A stretch of DNA of 42,984 nt from a virus: IMG/VR virus record IMGVR_UViG_3300009690_000002, one strand, 5' to 3'. Below the pieces are notes generated by a model, which had not been told where the DNA came from, did not search any database, and saw only the letters and a list, made by a program, of their open reading frames with translations. The position numbers were made by a program, and so were the translations under genes. This document shows, one piece after another, positions 42,864 to 42,984 of the stretch (its first letter is position 1; each line of letters opens with the position of its first letter).

Positions 42864-42984
42864 ATCATTTCCTGCTTTTCAGAGTTTTACTTTCAACGAA
42901 GAACGGGAGCTCGAAGGTTTCAAGTGCCCAGCCCTCCATAATAGCTTCGGCTTCCTTAATATCTTGTGGGTTATCAGAATTGAT
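42862..42984. repeat. Terminal exact duplication, copy 2
   Basis: Identical to bases 1-123. Confidence 0.9.

Noticed and set aside
1-42984. Pro-Val-Gly as a shared protein motif explaining the CCTGTAGGT recurrences
   Set aside because: The same DNA word occurs antisense to genes (read as LQ, PTG or YR), in a second sense frame (CR), in non-coding DNA and in hairpin stems. The signal is therefore at the nucleotide level.

Overview
This window is a complete, circularly closed dsDNA phage genome of about 42.86 kb. Bases 1-123 are repeated exactly at 42862-42984.

Layout:
- A leftward (minus-strand) replication/recombination arm covers roughly 1-13.8 kb and continues across the junction from 40.2-42.9 kb. 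It encodes a family A DNA polymerase, a prim-pol/helicase, a DUF669-like SSB, a Sak4-like ATPase, a Cas4-like nuclease, dCMP deaminase, an SNF2 helicase, RuvC, two HNH endonucleases and several small HTH or zinc-ribbon proteins.
- A repeat-dense control region of about 1.8 kb (13.8-15.7 kb) is mostly non-coding. It contains an isolated two-gene leftward cassette.
- A rightward operon (15.7-40.2 kb) encodes a TerS-like protein, a lysis cassette, TerL, an intein-containing portal, scaffold, major capsid, tail fibre/spike proteins and large internal virion proteins. No tail tube, sheath or tape measure is visible, so the virion looks podovirus-like.

A WhiB-family gene and the low apparent GC (about 40-45% by eye) point to a low-GC actinobacterial host. 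No integrase, tRNA, rRNA or CRISPR array was found.

The most striking signal is not a gene. The 8-mer CCTGTAGG (extended consensus CCCTGTAGGT) occurs at least 41 times, against about 1 expected. It appears on both strands, in every reading frame that tolerates it, in non-coding DNA, in terminator stems and once as a stop codon.

Other notable items:
- a LAGLIDADG intein in the portal gene
- an inverted pair of perfect DnaA-box 9-mers around a G-rich spacer
- a dense array of ACTAGT palindromes
- duplicated 25-bp hairpin operators
- a 182-bp convergent overlap between whiB and ruvC
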